From a virus (Duplodnaviria > Caudoviricetes): a stretch of DNA of 30,826 nt. The first letter of the stretch is position 1; every line of letters begins with the position of its first letter. The stretch covers positions 1-30,826 of the IMG/VR virus record IMGVR_UViG_3300028840_003360; one strand, given 5' to 3'. The position numbers and the translations under genes are program-made. Below are positions 1 to 8,325 of the stretch, piece by piece. The notes beneath the pieces were generated by a model. The model worked only from the letters and a program-made list of their open reading frames with translations, was not told where the DNA came from and made no database searches.

Positions 1-623
1 GTCTCCGCTCCATCGCTTCTAGTGATTTCAGGCCCCCCCTCAACAAAGCATGTATCCTTTGGATGGTCCTTTTTCTGCGTCCAATCTCTTTGCCTCACCT
101 TACTCCATGTCTGCTCTATAATCTCTCTCAGACTCCAATTGCGTTGGTTGCAGTATTCCATTAGGAATATGGCAATATCGCCGCATGCATCCTTTGCATT
201 TGCCTTATGGTCTTCTTGTGTCCTTATTCCCTGCTCCTCTTTCAGATGAGCATGAGCAAGCTCTCCCAACTCTTCAATCAAGCCTAATAGCGAATGATAA
301 AGCTTTTGACCGGGAAAGTTTCTTTTACTCCATACAAACTGCTCCGCTTGCATCTCTTCGGCCCAAGAGTCTCTTTTATGTCCCGCTCTCTCCCAACCGG
401 CTTGCTTCATTTGCTCAGCATTGACCGTCTCAAGCGTGAGCCCTTCTTCAAGAATAATGATATTTACATCTGGAATACCATGAGCATTCAAGATGTGTCT
501 TAAGCTCTCGACAATATGCATTTGCCCTTCCGGGCTCAAAGCACGGCGCAACTTTGCAAGGATGATATCTCCGGGCTCAACGTCAAACTGTTCAAACTTC
601 ATATAGAGTTCTTGGTCACACAT
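1..623 (-). CDS. MazG-like nucleotide pyrophosphohydrolase with an N-terminal extra domain (3' end runs off the window)
   Basis: Absent from the ORF track because there is no stop in the window. Hand translation from ATG 623 gives MCDQELYMKF...WSKRNFPGQKLYHSLLGLIEELGELAHAHLKEEQGIRTQEDHKANAKDACGDIAIFLMEYC...TWSKVRQRDW, with the EExGE...xGD MazG-like motif. Confidence 0.85.
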   Translation of the reverse strand, partial: MCDQELYMKFEQFDVEPGDIILAKLRRALSPEGQMHIVESLRHILNAHGIPDVNIIILEEGLTLETVNAEQMKQAGWERAGHKRDSWAEEMQAEQFVWSKRNFPGQKLYHSLLGLIEELGELAHAHLKEEQGIRTQEDHKANAKDACGDIAIFLMEYCNQRNWSLREIIEQTWSKVRQRDWTQKKDHPKDTCFVEGGPEITRSDGAE

Positions 624-631
624 GCTACTCC

Positions 632-856
632 CTACCTTTCCTTTGCGCTTTCAATGTTGTTCTTGTCCGGTATCGCTGTTATAATAGTTGACCGGCCATC
701 AGAATAATCTATAATTGCATATGGAGGTAACTTAAGGTCTTGGTCCTCTTCTCCAAGCTCTCTCAATACTTTCTCTATTGCGTCCACAACGTGTTTCAAT
801 CTTGAAAGGCTCGTTGACAGATTGCCAAGCTCTATCCTCCTAATTTCAATAACCAT
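632..856 (-). CDS. Hypothetical protein (74 aa)
   Basis: ATG at 856 follows a GGAGGGAG RBS and abuts the HNH stop codon. Confidence 0.7.
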   Translation of the reverse strand: MVIEIRRIELGNLSTSLSRLKHVVDAIEKVLRELGEEDQDLKLPPYAIIDYSDGRSTIITAIPDKNNIESAKER

Positions 857-1191
857 TAGGCTCCCTCCTTTTGTTTTCTCAAAGTCTCCTTTGAATGGCA
901 TTGCTTACAGAGCGCCTCCCATTTGGTCTCATCCCAAAAACGTCCGTCCTTTGGGCCGTTGTGCTCTTCTGTATGATGGACCTCATTTGCCGCATAACCA
1001 CAACGGTTGCACTGAGGATGCTCATGCAAGTACAGCTTTCGCGCCCGCTGCCAGCGCTTACCATATCCTCTTTGGTGACTCGTTCCGCGCCTCGTGTCAA
1101 AGCGTCTTTGTTGCCGGGCCTTGCATTGCGGGCAAGGTCCTCCCTCCGAATACTCAGGACAACCCGGAGTAGTGCAAGCCTTAACGGGCAA
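856..1191 (-). CDS. HNH endonuclease (packaging-associated, HK97 gp74-like)
   Basis: CxxPGC...C...RGYGKRWQRARKLYLHEHPQCNRC...EVHH...LCKQCHSKET. The TTG at 1191 follows GGAGGAGGAG, so the track start at 1368 is probably too long. Confidence 0.9.
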   Translation of the reverse strand: MPVKACTTPGCPEYSEGGPCPQCKARQQRRFDTRRGTSHQRGYGKRWQRARKLYLHEHPQCNRCGYAANEVHHTEEHNGPKDGRFWDETKWEALCKQCHSKETLRKQKEGA

Positions 1192-1364
1192 AAAGCTCCT
1201 CCTCCCGTAAATCCTTAAATGTTTCCGGGCTCCAATATACTTTCCAACGATTGAGAAAGCGTCTTGTGCTCTCACACTCCGACACTCCCGGAGGCTCGAT
1301 CTTGGCACAAACCGCTTTTGCAACCGGCTTGCCGTCAAACCGAAAGAGAAGCTCCTCTCCAACC

Positions 1365-1679
1365 TCACACCGCGGCTTGAAACGGAAAGCCCAAAACTCC
1401 CAATGCCCGTCCGGAGGCTCTTTTCAACTCCGCAATCTCCATTTGCTCAGGCTCCGAATGTTTGAGCCGGTAAAGAAACGTCCCGTTATTGGCATTATTC
1501 AATGCGCGGCTCTCGATTGCATATCCTTCCGCCCTCAGTTCCCGCAAGCGCCGGAGCCCGGAGAGGCCCCCCCATTCCGGAGAACATATCCGCCAAGATT
1601 CAACCCAACCGTCTTTGGACTCTCCGGCCCGGGCTTCCATGAGCAAGCGGAGGACTTTCTCTTTGCGCGTTTCACTCAT
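1365..1679 (-). CDS. Winged helix-turn-helix protein
   Basis: GGLSGLRRLRELRAEGYAIESR...FLYRL pattern of small phage wHTH proteins. Confidence 0.65.
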   Translation of the reverse strand: MSETRKEKVLRLLMEARAGESKDGWVESWRICSPEWGGLSGLRRLRELRAEGYAIESRALNNANNGTFLYRLKHSEPEQMEIAELKRASGRALGVLGFPFQAAV

Positions 1680-2193
1680 AAAGCTCCCTCCTTGGCATCG
1701 GCCAAAATAAAAGCTCGATTTCTGTGCGCTCTTCTACGCCATACCATTTATTGAGAACGGCTCCGGCAACCCGGGAGTCCTCCGTAAAAGCAACGCCCTG
1801 CAAAGCATCCATAATGGCCTTGAGTGCAACATTGTCTATATCCGGCCTTGTGTGATATTTGAATTGCCGCATGAGCGCCGCTCGTTTGTACCATTGTGGC
1901 TTACCTTTGGGAAGTTCAAAAAATACATTTACGAAAAGGTCAACCGGGCCGTCCCATAGCAACGCGCTTAATCCATGCTTCCCCGTTCTGACCGCCTCAT
2001 GAAAGAGGCTTTTAACCCGCGCATCAAAGCTCTCTCGTTCTTTTGGCTTAAAGCGCTGCTTTCCTTTGCTCCGCGCCCGCTGCCATGCATACGGCTTGCC
2101 GGGAATGACAAAAGAGATTCTCTTTTCCGGCTCTATGGGGAGAATGGCCCCGACATGAGTTAGCCGTCCAAGCTGCTCCTCTTTCTCACTCAG
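1672..2193 (-). CDS. rusA: RusA family Holliday junction resolvase (probable CTG start)
   Basis: RPDIDNVALKAIMDALQGVAFTEDSRV catalytic motif. The frame stays open upstream through ISFVIPGKPYAWQRAR to a CTG at 2193 preceded by GGAGGAG. Confidence 0.9.
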   Translation of the reverse strand: MSEKEEQLGRLTHVGAILPIEPEKRISFVIPGKPYAWQRARSKGKQRFKPKERESFDARVKSLFHEAVRTGKHGLSALLWDGPVDLFVNVFFELPKGKPQWYKRAALMRQFKYHTRPDIDNVALKAIMDALQGVAFTEDSRVAGAVLNKWYGVEERTEIELLFWPMPRRELYE

Positions 2194-2512
2194 TTTCTTG
2201 CTCCTCCCATATTCCCTCGTCCGGTGGCTGCGTCTCGATTGCGAGTCTCACTTCATATGGAGTTACCGGCTCAACACAAGAGGACGCCGCAATCATCCGC
2301 GCAACGGCCTCCGTTGTCGGAGTAATACAATAGACGGCTTGCCCGGAATAGAATTGAGTAAAAGCTTTGCGTTCTCCATTGCCCGGAATATCGAGCCGGA
2401 GAAATGACGCGCCTCCAATCGTTTGCTCTGTTATCCGCCCGGCAAGCCGCCTATGTCCCATCAACTCCAAGATTGCCCACTCCTCAAATCTCTCTGTCGT
2501 TTGTTCGCTCAC
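2186..2512 (-). CDS. Conserved phage hypothetical protein
   Basis: WAILELMGHRRLAG...FLRLDIP...AVYCITP motif. The GTG start overlaps the upstream TGA (GTGA). Confidence 0.75.
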   Translation of the reverse strand: MSEQTTERFEEWAILELMGHRRLAGRITEQTIGGASFLRLDIPGNGERKAFTQFYSGQAVYCITPTTEAVARMIAASSCVEPVTPYEVRLAIETQPPDEGIWEEQETE

Positions 2513-2694
2513 TTCTTTCCATCCTCCGTTATTCTGAATAGCGCTTGTAAGAATACGCATTCCGGATGCATCCGAATTTCCGGTTTGCATTCGGGATAGT
2601 CTCTCTGGAGCCGCAATAGCTCCTCCTCAAGAAACGCCGCATTCTCCTTATTGGTACAGTCAAGCCATTTCGTAACTTGTATTTGGCCGCTCAT
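2509..2694 (-). CDS. Hypothetical protein
   Basis: Fills the gap between Pol X and the next gene, with a coupled stop/start. Confidence 0.55.
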   Translation of the reverse strand: MSGQIQVTKWLDCTNKENAAFLEEELLRLQRDYPECKPEIRMHPECVFLQALFRITEDGKK

Positions 2695-2696
2695 AT

Positions 2697-3203
2697 TTAC
2701 CGCTCCCATGGCTCACGATAAGGCAGATCTAACAGCTTGAAAATGTCTTGCTCTTTCCGGATGTCCGTAAGCGGATATGACTCTCCTTTTCCGTCCGGGT
2801 CATTTACAACAAGCCCTTCACCGTTGGCCTTGAGCGTCATTCCTTTTGACCTTGCCCGCCTACAGAGCCTTATGTTATGCTCCTTGCTTCCGGTCCGAAT
2901 CAGGAGCAGCGTTGCCCATGTCTGCGGAGTTGCAATATAGAGGTCAACCGGAATGCCCATACATTGCAACTTGAGAATCTTTGCTCCGCCTTTTGGAGAG
3001 ATTCGCATTCTCTGAAAGCATTGGGCAAGCAAGCCTCCACTTCCAAGAGGTATAGCAACAAGGTCAATATCATGGACAAGCGCTTTTCGCCGCCGAATGC
3101 TGCCAGCAATGGCAATTACATTGGTTCCGCTCTGCAACTCCTTGATAAGATACCGCGCCGCTATCTCCGCTCTTTCAAGGTCAAACAGCTTAGCCATAAT
3201 CAC
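2697..3203 (-). CDS. Minimal family X DNA polymerase / Pol beta-like nucleotidyltransferase (palm plus C-terminal domain)
   Basis: IAGSIRR..DIDL, VDL (third Asp), RTGSKEHNIRLCRRA..KG, and EQDIFKLLDLPYREPWER. Confidence 0.92.
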   Translation of the reverse strand: MIMAKLFDLERAEIAARYLIKELQSGTNVIAIAGSIRRRKALVHDIDLVAIPLGSGGLLAQCFQRMRISPKGGAKILKLQCMGIPVDLYIATPQTWATLLLIRTGSKEHNIRLCRRARSKGMTLKANGEGLVVNDPDGKGESYPLTDIRKEQDIFKLLDLPYREPWER

Positions 3204-3655
3204 CCCTCCTCCCCTCGTTCATCTCCAACAAGATTGCGCGTCATACGGTCAAGCTGAATCCTGAGAAAGTCACGGTCCGCCTCTATTTCTCCTTTTCTTT
3301 GTTCCGTTTTGCTCTGCTCCTGTATCAATTCATCCTTGCGCCGCCATACTGCAACTTTCTCTTCCTGTAGCTGCCGAATCGTTGCCGTTTGGACTTTATC
3401 AGCCTCTTTCAGAGAGGCATTTGCTTCCTCCGCATTTTCAAGGTCTCTGCAATTCTTGCGGTTTTGCTCCGCTAACACTTCATAATAATGCTCCTCTTGC
3501 CCAACTCTTTTCCGTAAATTCTCAACTCGCCTCATGAGCCGGAAGCAAAGCTTAATAAGCGCCGCTTTGTCTGTTCCTTGAGGCCGATGAAGAATCTTTA
3601 TAGCTTCCCGCGTCCGCACATCTTTCCAAATGCTCTTAACCTTTTTCTTGGCCAT
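3200..3655 (-). CDS. Coiled-coil hypothetical protein
   Basis: E/K/Q-rich heptads. ATG 3655 follows GAGGGGAG. Confidence 0.7.
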   Translation of the reverse strand: MAKKKVKSIWKDVRTREAIKILHRPQGTDKAALIKLCFRLMRRVENLRKRVGQEEHYYEVLAEQNRKNCRDLENAEEANASLKEADKVQTATIRQLQEEKVAVWRRKDELIQEQSKTEQRKGEIEADRDFLRIQLDRMTRNLVGDERGEEG

Positions 3656-3669
3656 ATAAACAACTCCCC

Positions 3670-4650
3670 TCACTTTTGCGCCTCCTTGACCTTGCCTTTG
3701 AGCCGCTCCAACTCATCGACAAGCCAATTGCAGCGCCGTTTTATGTCGTATCCCTCTTGTGTATTCTCCCGGCCCTGCACCTTGAGGCTCCGGCCCTTTG
3801 TTTTTGCCGCCTCTAATTCCCCCTCCATTGCAGCGATTTCTTTTTCATACTGCTTGACTTGCGCCTCAACACGGTCAAAACCCTTCCCCCGAATCCTGAA
3901 CGTCTTGAATGGATTGGCCTCCGTCACAAACCGGCTCAAGCCGCGTTCAAGGAAATGCTCAAACGGCCAACTGTGGTCCCAATAGTAATTATCTCCCTTA
4001 AGGACGGCCGCATAATTGCGGATTGCTTCACATATAACCGCAATGTCCCAATCGTTGAGCGCCCCCGCTGCCGCTGCCTTATGGACAGAGGTTAGCTTCT
4101 TATTAAAAATGAGCGGGCCGTCCCCGCAAGCCTCACTCTGCCAGCAATCAAAAATAGCCTGTATTTGAAATGCCGGAGCGCCTCCCTCTCCCGCACCCTC
4201 TCCCTCTTGTACTTCAATTCCATTTTCATTTGCATATAGTGTTACATGCTCGTTACGTTCCCGTTTCCTCCTGTGCCTCCGTTGCCGTTCTGCATTGTCT
4301 CTCCGGGCTTTTTCCTCTCTAAGCATGCGCCGATTCTCTAAAGTTATCTTGCCATTACGCTTTGTTACGTTTGCGAATTTGTGAAGAGATACCTCAGCAA
4401 AAAAACTCTCCAACTCTTTTGGGGTTGCACCTATCAAACGGCCTAAACTTTCCTGTGTTCCTGAGATACGGCCGGGAGTTGGAGAGTCCATCATGTGCAA
4501 AAGAAATTCAAGCCACATTCCCCGGGTCTGGAATGAGGCTTGTTGTAACTGGCAATCAGCTTGCCAGTCTTTCCGATAAAACATTAACGCCGGTTGTTTC
4601 TTCCGTTCCGCCGTCGTGTATTTCCGCGGCCAATCTTTCCGGCTTCCCAT
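3670..4650 (-). CDS. Phage replication initiator (YdaU/DUF1376-like N-terminus)
   Basis: PALMFYRKDWQAD...RGMWLEFLLHM, NRRMLRE...NAERQRRHR linker, and a C-terminal W.FEHFL helical domain. Lies downstream of the annealing protein. Confidence 0.8.
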   Translation of the reverse strand: MGSRKDWPRKYTTAERKKQPALMFYRKDWQADCQLQQASFQTRGMWLEFLLHMMDSPTPGRISGTQESLGRLIGATPKELESFFAEVSLHKFANVTKRNGKITLENRRMLREEKARRDNAERQRRHRRKRERNEHVTLYANENGIEVQEGEGAGEGGAPAFQIQAIFDCWQSEACGDGPLIFNKKLTSVHKAAAAGALNDWDIAVICEAIRNYAAVLKGDNYYWDHSWPFEHFLERGLSRFVTEANPFKTFRIRGKGFDRVEAQVKQYEKEIAAMEGELEAAKTKGRSLKVQGRENTQEGYDIKRRCNWLVDELERLKGKVKEAQK

Positions 4651-4676
4651 ACAACCGCTTTCTTACTTAAGGGAAT

Positions 4677-4725
4677 GAGAGCGGAGGCCCGGAGGGAGCA
4701 AGTCTCGCAATTAGCCCCCGCCCTC
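4677..4725 (-). promoter_or_regulatory. 13-bp RNA stem with an anti-SD (CUCCCUCC) loop upstream of the initiator gene
   Basis: On the minus strand GAGGGCGGGGGCT pairs with GGCCTCCGCTCTC using G-U wobbles, so it folds only on that strand. Confidence 0.55.
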
Positions 4726-4738
4726 AACCCGCGGGACT

Positions 4739-5629
4739 CTATTTCCCCTTCTCTCCGTCCGCCTCAGACCCCTTGGAGCCGCTCTCTGTATCCTTGCCCG
4801 GGTCCGGCAATTCTCCCAGCGCCTTTATCACGCCCGATGCATCCGCCTTGCTGAATTGGTCCATATCGTCATGGCCGACAACGCGGTTGATGAGGTCCAA
4901 ATATTCCCCATCATCCACTTTTTTTGCATGTCTGAGCTTGTTGATTGCCGCCTCCTGCTTGGCGGTCATTTTGCCGCCGCCCTTGGCTTTTCGTTCCGGC
5001 TCTTCTCCCTCCTTATGAAATAGGTGGGAAATGGCCAAGCCCGTCCGCGTTCCGCTGACAAGCGCCCGCTTTGCCGCCATTTTGAATATTGTATTTACTT
5101 GGTCAAACGGATTGGTCCTTACCTGTTGAGACTCCCCAATTTCTCCTGTGGACTTGTCAATCCATGTTTTCATGCGCCGCCGATCTTGAGGAGTGTTCTC
5201 AAACTCCCGCTCTGACACGGCCCGTCTCCATTTATATTTTTCCTCCTTTGAAGAGGCCGCGCCGATTCCAGAGGCTATAATTGCGCCCGTCTGAATCGAA
5301 ATAATCCGGGCTCTGACCGTAAACGTTACCTCCTCGTCATTCAGGATTTGGGAGAGTATCTCATATTCAGGCCCAAGCAAAAACGCGCTGCAAAGCGTTT
5401 CCGCGCCCGCTTGCCAAAGACTCCGCTCTCTGGTCCCGGGAACAATCCCATAATGAATATCCTCTTTCATTATCTCGTCAACAATTCTTTGAATATTCCG
5501 AAACCGTGTAAGCAATCGGTCCGGGTCAACCCGGAGAGCAAGCTCCCAATTATCCGGGACCCTCAGCGCCGGGACGGTTGGAGCATCCTGCATAAGCTCT
5601 CCCGTTAAAGCTTCGCCTGTCGTTCCCAT
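4739..5629 (-). CDS. Single-strand annealing recombinase (Rad52/Sak/ERF superfamily-like)
   Basis: HYGIVPG..SLWQAGAETL, ASSKEEKY and NTIFKMAAKRALV motifs, plus a C-terminal TAKQ...SKADASGVI helical domain. Confidence 0.75.
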   Translation of the reverse strand: MGTTGEALTGELMQDAPTVPALRVPDNWELALRVDPDRLLTRFRNIQRIVDEIMKEDIHYGIVPGTRERSLWQAGAETLCSAFLLGPEYEILSQILNDEEVTFTVRARIISIQTGAIIASGIGAASSKEEKYKWRRAVSEREFENTPQDRRRMKTWIDKSTGEIGESQQVRTNPFDQVNTIFKMAAKRALVSGTRTGLAISHLFHKEGEEPERKAKGGGKMTAKQEAAINKLRHAKKVDDGEYLDLINRVVGHDDMDQFSKADASGVIKALGELPDPGKDTESGSKGSEADGEKGK

Positions 5630-5683
5630 ACGTGTTTATCCTCCTGTTAAAGCCTCCATTGCGCCGCGCAAGCGCAATCCGGA

Positions 5684-6100
5684 TTATCCGGTTTTCGCGG
5701 GCTCACCTTTTGGGGCCGTGCCCGTCTCAACCGCGTCAAACAGTGTCCCCTGAGCCGCCCGGAGCAGAACGAATTTATCCTTGCTGATTTCCGCCAAGCG
5801 CATATAGTCATTCGCGCTGCCGGAAAAAACAATCTCCGCAACAAATGCGCCGTTCTTGAGCTTCATGTCTCCGAATGAGCCCGCAAGCCCGTCCTTGTCC
5901 GGCTGATAAGGTTTCCCGCATTTCTCAGCGGCAAGCGTAAGCTCCGCCAAGACGATTTGAGCAAGCTTCTCCGGGCTCATGGGCTCCGGCTTGGGAGTGA
6001 CCTTACCCTTTGCCGGAGGCGGCTTGATTGCCTTTGCATATTGGTCCCTTACACCTTTAACAACTGCGTCTTGATACGTTTTCATATCGAGCTTTTGCAT
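5684..6100 (-). CDS. Hypothetical protein
   Basis: 138-aa ORF with an AGGGAGG RBS. Confidence 0.75.
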   Translation of the reverse strand: MQKLDMKTYQDAVVKGVRDQYAKAIKPPPAKGKVTPKPEPMSPEKLAQIVLAELTLAAEKCGKPYQPDKDGLAGSFGDMKLKNGAFVAEIVFSGSANDYMRLAEISKDKFVLLRAAQGTLFDAVETGTAPKGEPAKTG

Positions 6101-6169
6101 GCATACCTCCCTTTAGCCTGTGACTCCCCCTTGTTATTGTCTTCCACGCTTGCGCGGCTTATCTCTGCT

Positions 6170-6646
6170 CTACGTCAACTCGTAATTTTGACCGGATGAG
6201 ACTCTTGAAAACTTGTTGATAGATTTCAAAGAATCAACGGCTTTATTAAAATGGCGTTCTGAGCACATAAGAAAATTATCATCACAAACAAGCGGCCTTG
6301 GTTCAAAAGCTCGCAACTCCCGAAAGCTTCCAAAAATTCGCTCAACACCGCAAAACGCGCAACCTCGATTGCATCCTCTTGTTGTGCGCGTTGCCAATGG
6401 ATTTACCCTAAAAAGGGCCGTTTCTTCGTCTTGAAAAGAAACATACTCTCTCACATATTCCGGTATCAACCTTGCCGCTGGCCCGCCGATCGTTACATTA
6501 TATCCCCTCTGTTTCAAACCCTTCGCCATGCTCTTTGCCCTTGGTAACAACCATGTAAAAGGAACAGAGAAAAAATAAGAAGCGTCTTCATTCCATACCG
6601 TAATATCCTTGGGCCAACCAATCGCCTTTTTAGTTTGCGGTTTCAC
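6170..6646 (-). pseudogene. Truncated radical SAM protein
   Basis: SVPFTW, IGGPA, TTRGCNRGCAFC (CxxxCxxC) and DDNFL motifs. It ends about 65 aa after the cluster motif, so most of the barrel is missing. GTGA-coupled start at 6646. Confidence 0.75.
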
Positions 6647-6999
6647 AAAAACACTCCCGGAAAGAAACTCATTTCCCCGTCCCATGCAATCTTGACCGTC
6701 CCCATCGAGCAATCCGGGAATAGCAGTTTTTGGGTAACCGCCTTGGTCTCTCCCTCTATCGCCTTTACTGTAACCGGAGAAAAATAAAAGCCCTCATTCC
6801 CGGTTGAAACCGTCCTGCAATGGCATTTGAGATAGAGCAATAGCTGCTCAATCCCTGAATCATTCGGGCCTCTCCGGTGTCCCCGTTTCTGTGACATGCC
6901 GAAACCCAACGCTTTCAGCGCCCCCGCCGCCCGACTCCTCAAGCGGCATCGTCTGACTCCGTTGCCTCTTTGGAATGCTTTTGAGTTGATATACGTCAA
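6643..6999 (-). CDS. Hypothetical protein (start uncertain)
   Basis: Its stop is coupled to the next start. The N-terminal half overlaps 6860..7213. Confidence 0.4.
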   Translation of the reverse strand: MTYINSKAFQRGNGVRRCRLRSRAAGALKALGFGMSQKRGHRRGPNDSGIEQLLLYLKCHCRTVSTGNEGFYFSPVTVKAIEGETKAVTQKLLFPDCSMGTVKIAWDGEMSFFPGVFL

Positions 7000-7213
7000 T
7001 CGTCACGGTTTCCGCTGCCGTCTTCTTGGCAACCGCAACCCAAGGTGGGCTTTGGTCCCGATTCACCCGGACAATGATTTGAGTCAATGGACGCCCGATC
7101 TTGTCCGTAAGGCCCTCGACAACCGTAACCCTGCAACCCTCAATCCCCCAATTCCGCCCGCGGTCAAGTGACCCTTCAGAGAGCCAATTTTTAATCTTAA
7201 GAAATAGCCTCAT
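6860..7213 (-). CDS. Hypothetical protein
   Basis: GAGGGGG RBS, 117 aa. Confidence 0.6.
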   Translation of the reverse strand: MRLFLKIKNWLSEGSLDRGRNWGIEGCRVTVVEGLTDKIGRPLTQIIVRVNRDQSPPWVAVAKKTAAETVTIDVYQLKSIPKRQRSQTMPLEESGGGGAESVGFRHVTETGTPERPE

Positions 7214-7238
7214 CCATTCCCCCTCACTTTCTCTCTGT

Positions 7239-7409
7239 GATAGCTCTTTGCCTCCCGCCTCAATAGCGCCTTGGCGCCATTCAAGCGGAGGGCAAACCCT
7301 CCGCTATGCGACAACTCACAAGGAAATTCCCAAACAATTTATGCCTTTGTGTGCCTCTTTCTACATACGTTACCCTCCTTTCTTGGTGTGGCCGTAAAGA
7401 GCAGCTATC
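7239..7409 (-). promoter_or_regulatory. Structured intergenic element containing an RBS-ATG-TAG minigene and a 9-bp hairpin
   Basis: AAGGAGG (7374-7380), 7 nt, then ATGTAG (7361-7366). Hairpin at 7284-7305. The ends 7239-7249 and 7396-7409 are complementary. Confidence 0.5.
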
Positions 7410-7412
7410 CAC

Positions 7413-7694
7413 CTAAATCTTTTCCGCCTCTTCTATCTCCGGAGTTGCCCTTTGCCGCTCCGTCAACTCTGCCGTTCCCTCAAGCGGGTCCAACATGGGC
7501 CGATTCTTGAGCATTTCGACAAACGCCGGAGAGCCTATACTGCTTGCAACCCGGAGGCCGGGCAAAAGCTTTTCTCTCGCGGACCCCTTGAGCAAGTCTC
7601 TTGCCTTTAGCTGTGTTTCCGCGTTGGTTTTCCCCTCGGCAACCCTGAATTGACGTCCGCCAATGAGCACATACGCATAATAAGTCACTTCCAT
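7413..7694 (-). CDS. Hypothetical protein
   Basis: GGAGGAGGAG RBS, overlaps the upstream stop. Confidence 0.7.
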   Translation of the reverse strand: MEVTYYAYVLIGGRQFRVAEGKTNAETQLKARDLLKGSAREKLLPGLRVASSIGSPAFVEMLKNRPMLDPLEGTAELTERQRATPEIEEAEKI

Positions 7695-8089
7695 TTACTC
7701 TCCTCCTCCCTGCAACCTTCTCTCTTTTCAACCGCATTAAGGATAATGTTTGAAAAACGCAATGCAAGACCAAGGAAATGGGCTCGATTCGCGGTCTTGC
7801 CTATTGATTCAGAGGCAAGGCTTGCAGCGCCAACCGCGGCCTCCGCACATTTTGCAAGCGTCTCCGGAGTGACCGGCCAAAGAATCTCTCCCAACTCCGC
7901 GGGCCGTCCCTGCTCCTCCTGTTTCTCCTGAGCCGCCTCCCAATTCCCGGCAAGCATTTCGGCATCCTTGAGCGCCTCCGGCAATGTTCTCCCCGGCCGG
8001 ACAAGGACTTGAGCAATAACATTCTCTTCCGCGTCCTCGATCAAATATCCCTTGTCTCCATTAAGAGCCGCTATTGTCAACGAATCCAT
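7685..8089 (-). CDS. Hypothetical protein
   Basis: GGAGG RBS, tightly packed in the operon. Confidence 0.7.
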   Translation of the reverse strand: MDSLTIAALNGDKGYLIEDAEENVIAQVLVRPGRTLPEALKDAEMLAGNWEAAQEKQEEQGRPAELGEILWPVTPETLAKCAEAAVGAASLASESIGKTANRAHFLGLALRFSNIILNAVEKREGCREEESKWK

Positions 8090-8325
8090 AAACCGCCTCC
8101 CTCTCCTCTCTTTTCCGCCTCCTTGTGGGGTTGCTCGTTAGCCTCCTCCTCACACAGAGGACACGCGCTCCTGTCTTCAAGCAAGGTCCTGTTTGCCCAT
8201 TCCGACCGGGACATTTCCGTTTGCCCATGTTCCGGACAAGTCACAAGCACCCACTTTTTATTCTTGATATGGTGAATGTTGAGCCTTACTCTTGGCGCTC
8301 CGTGATATGTTGGCGCTCTTCCCAT
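8077..8325 (-). CDS. Small zinc-ribbon protein
   Basis: VTCPEHG...SACPLC motif. Confidence 0.6.
   Translation of the reverse strand: MGRAPTYHGAPRVRLNIHHIKNKKWVLVTCPEHGQTEMSRSEWANRTLLEDRSACPLCEEEANEQPHKEAEKRGEGGGLWIR

Noticed and set aside
1192-1368. N-terminal extension of the HNH ORF in the track
   Set aside because: The strong RBS and the family-typical start lie at TTG 1191. The upstream part is probably non-coding.
6845-6863. Second 1-nt frameshift joining ATG 6863 to the 6643 frame (MIQG/IEQLLLYL)
   Set aside because: Plausible from ATGA coupling and a G run, but there is no protein motif to confirm it. It needs reads or homologues.
7361-7366. TAG reassignment suggested by ATG-TAG
   Set aside because: TAG ends other genes at plausible positions (632, 7413, 16818) and long genes contain no internal TAG.
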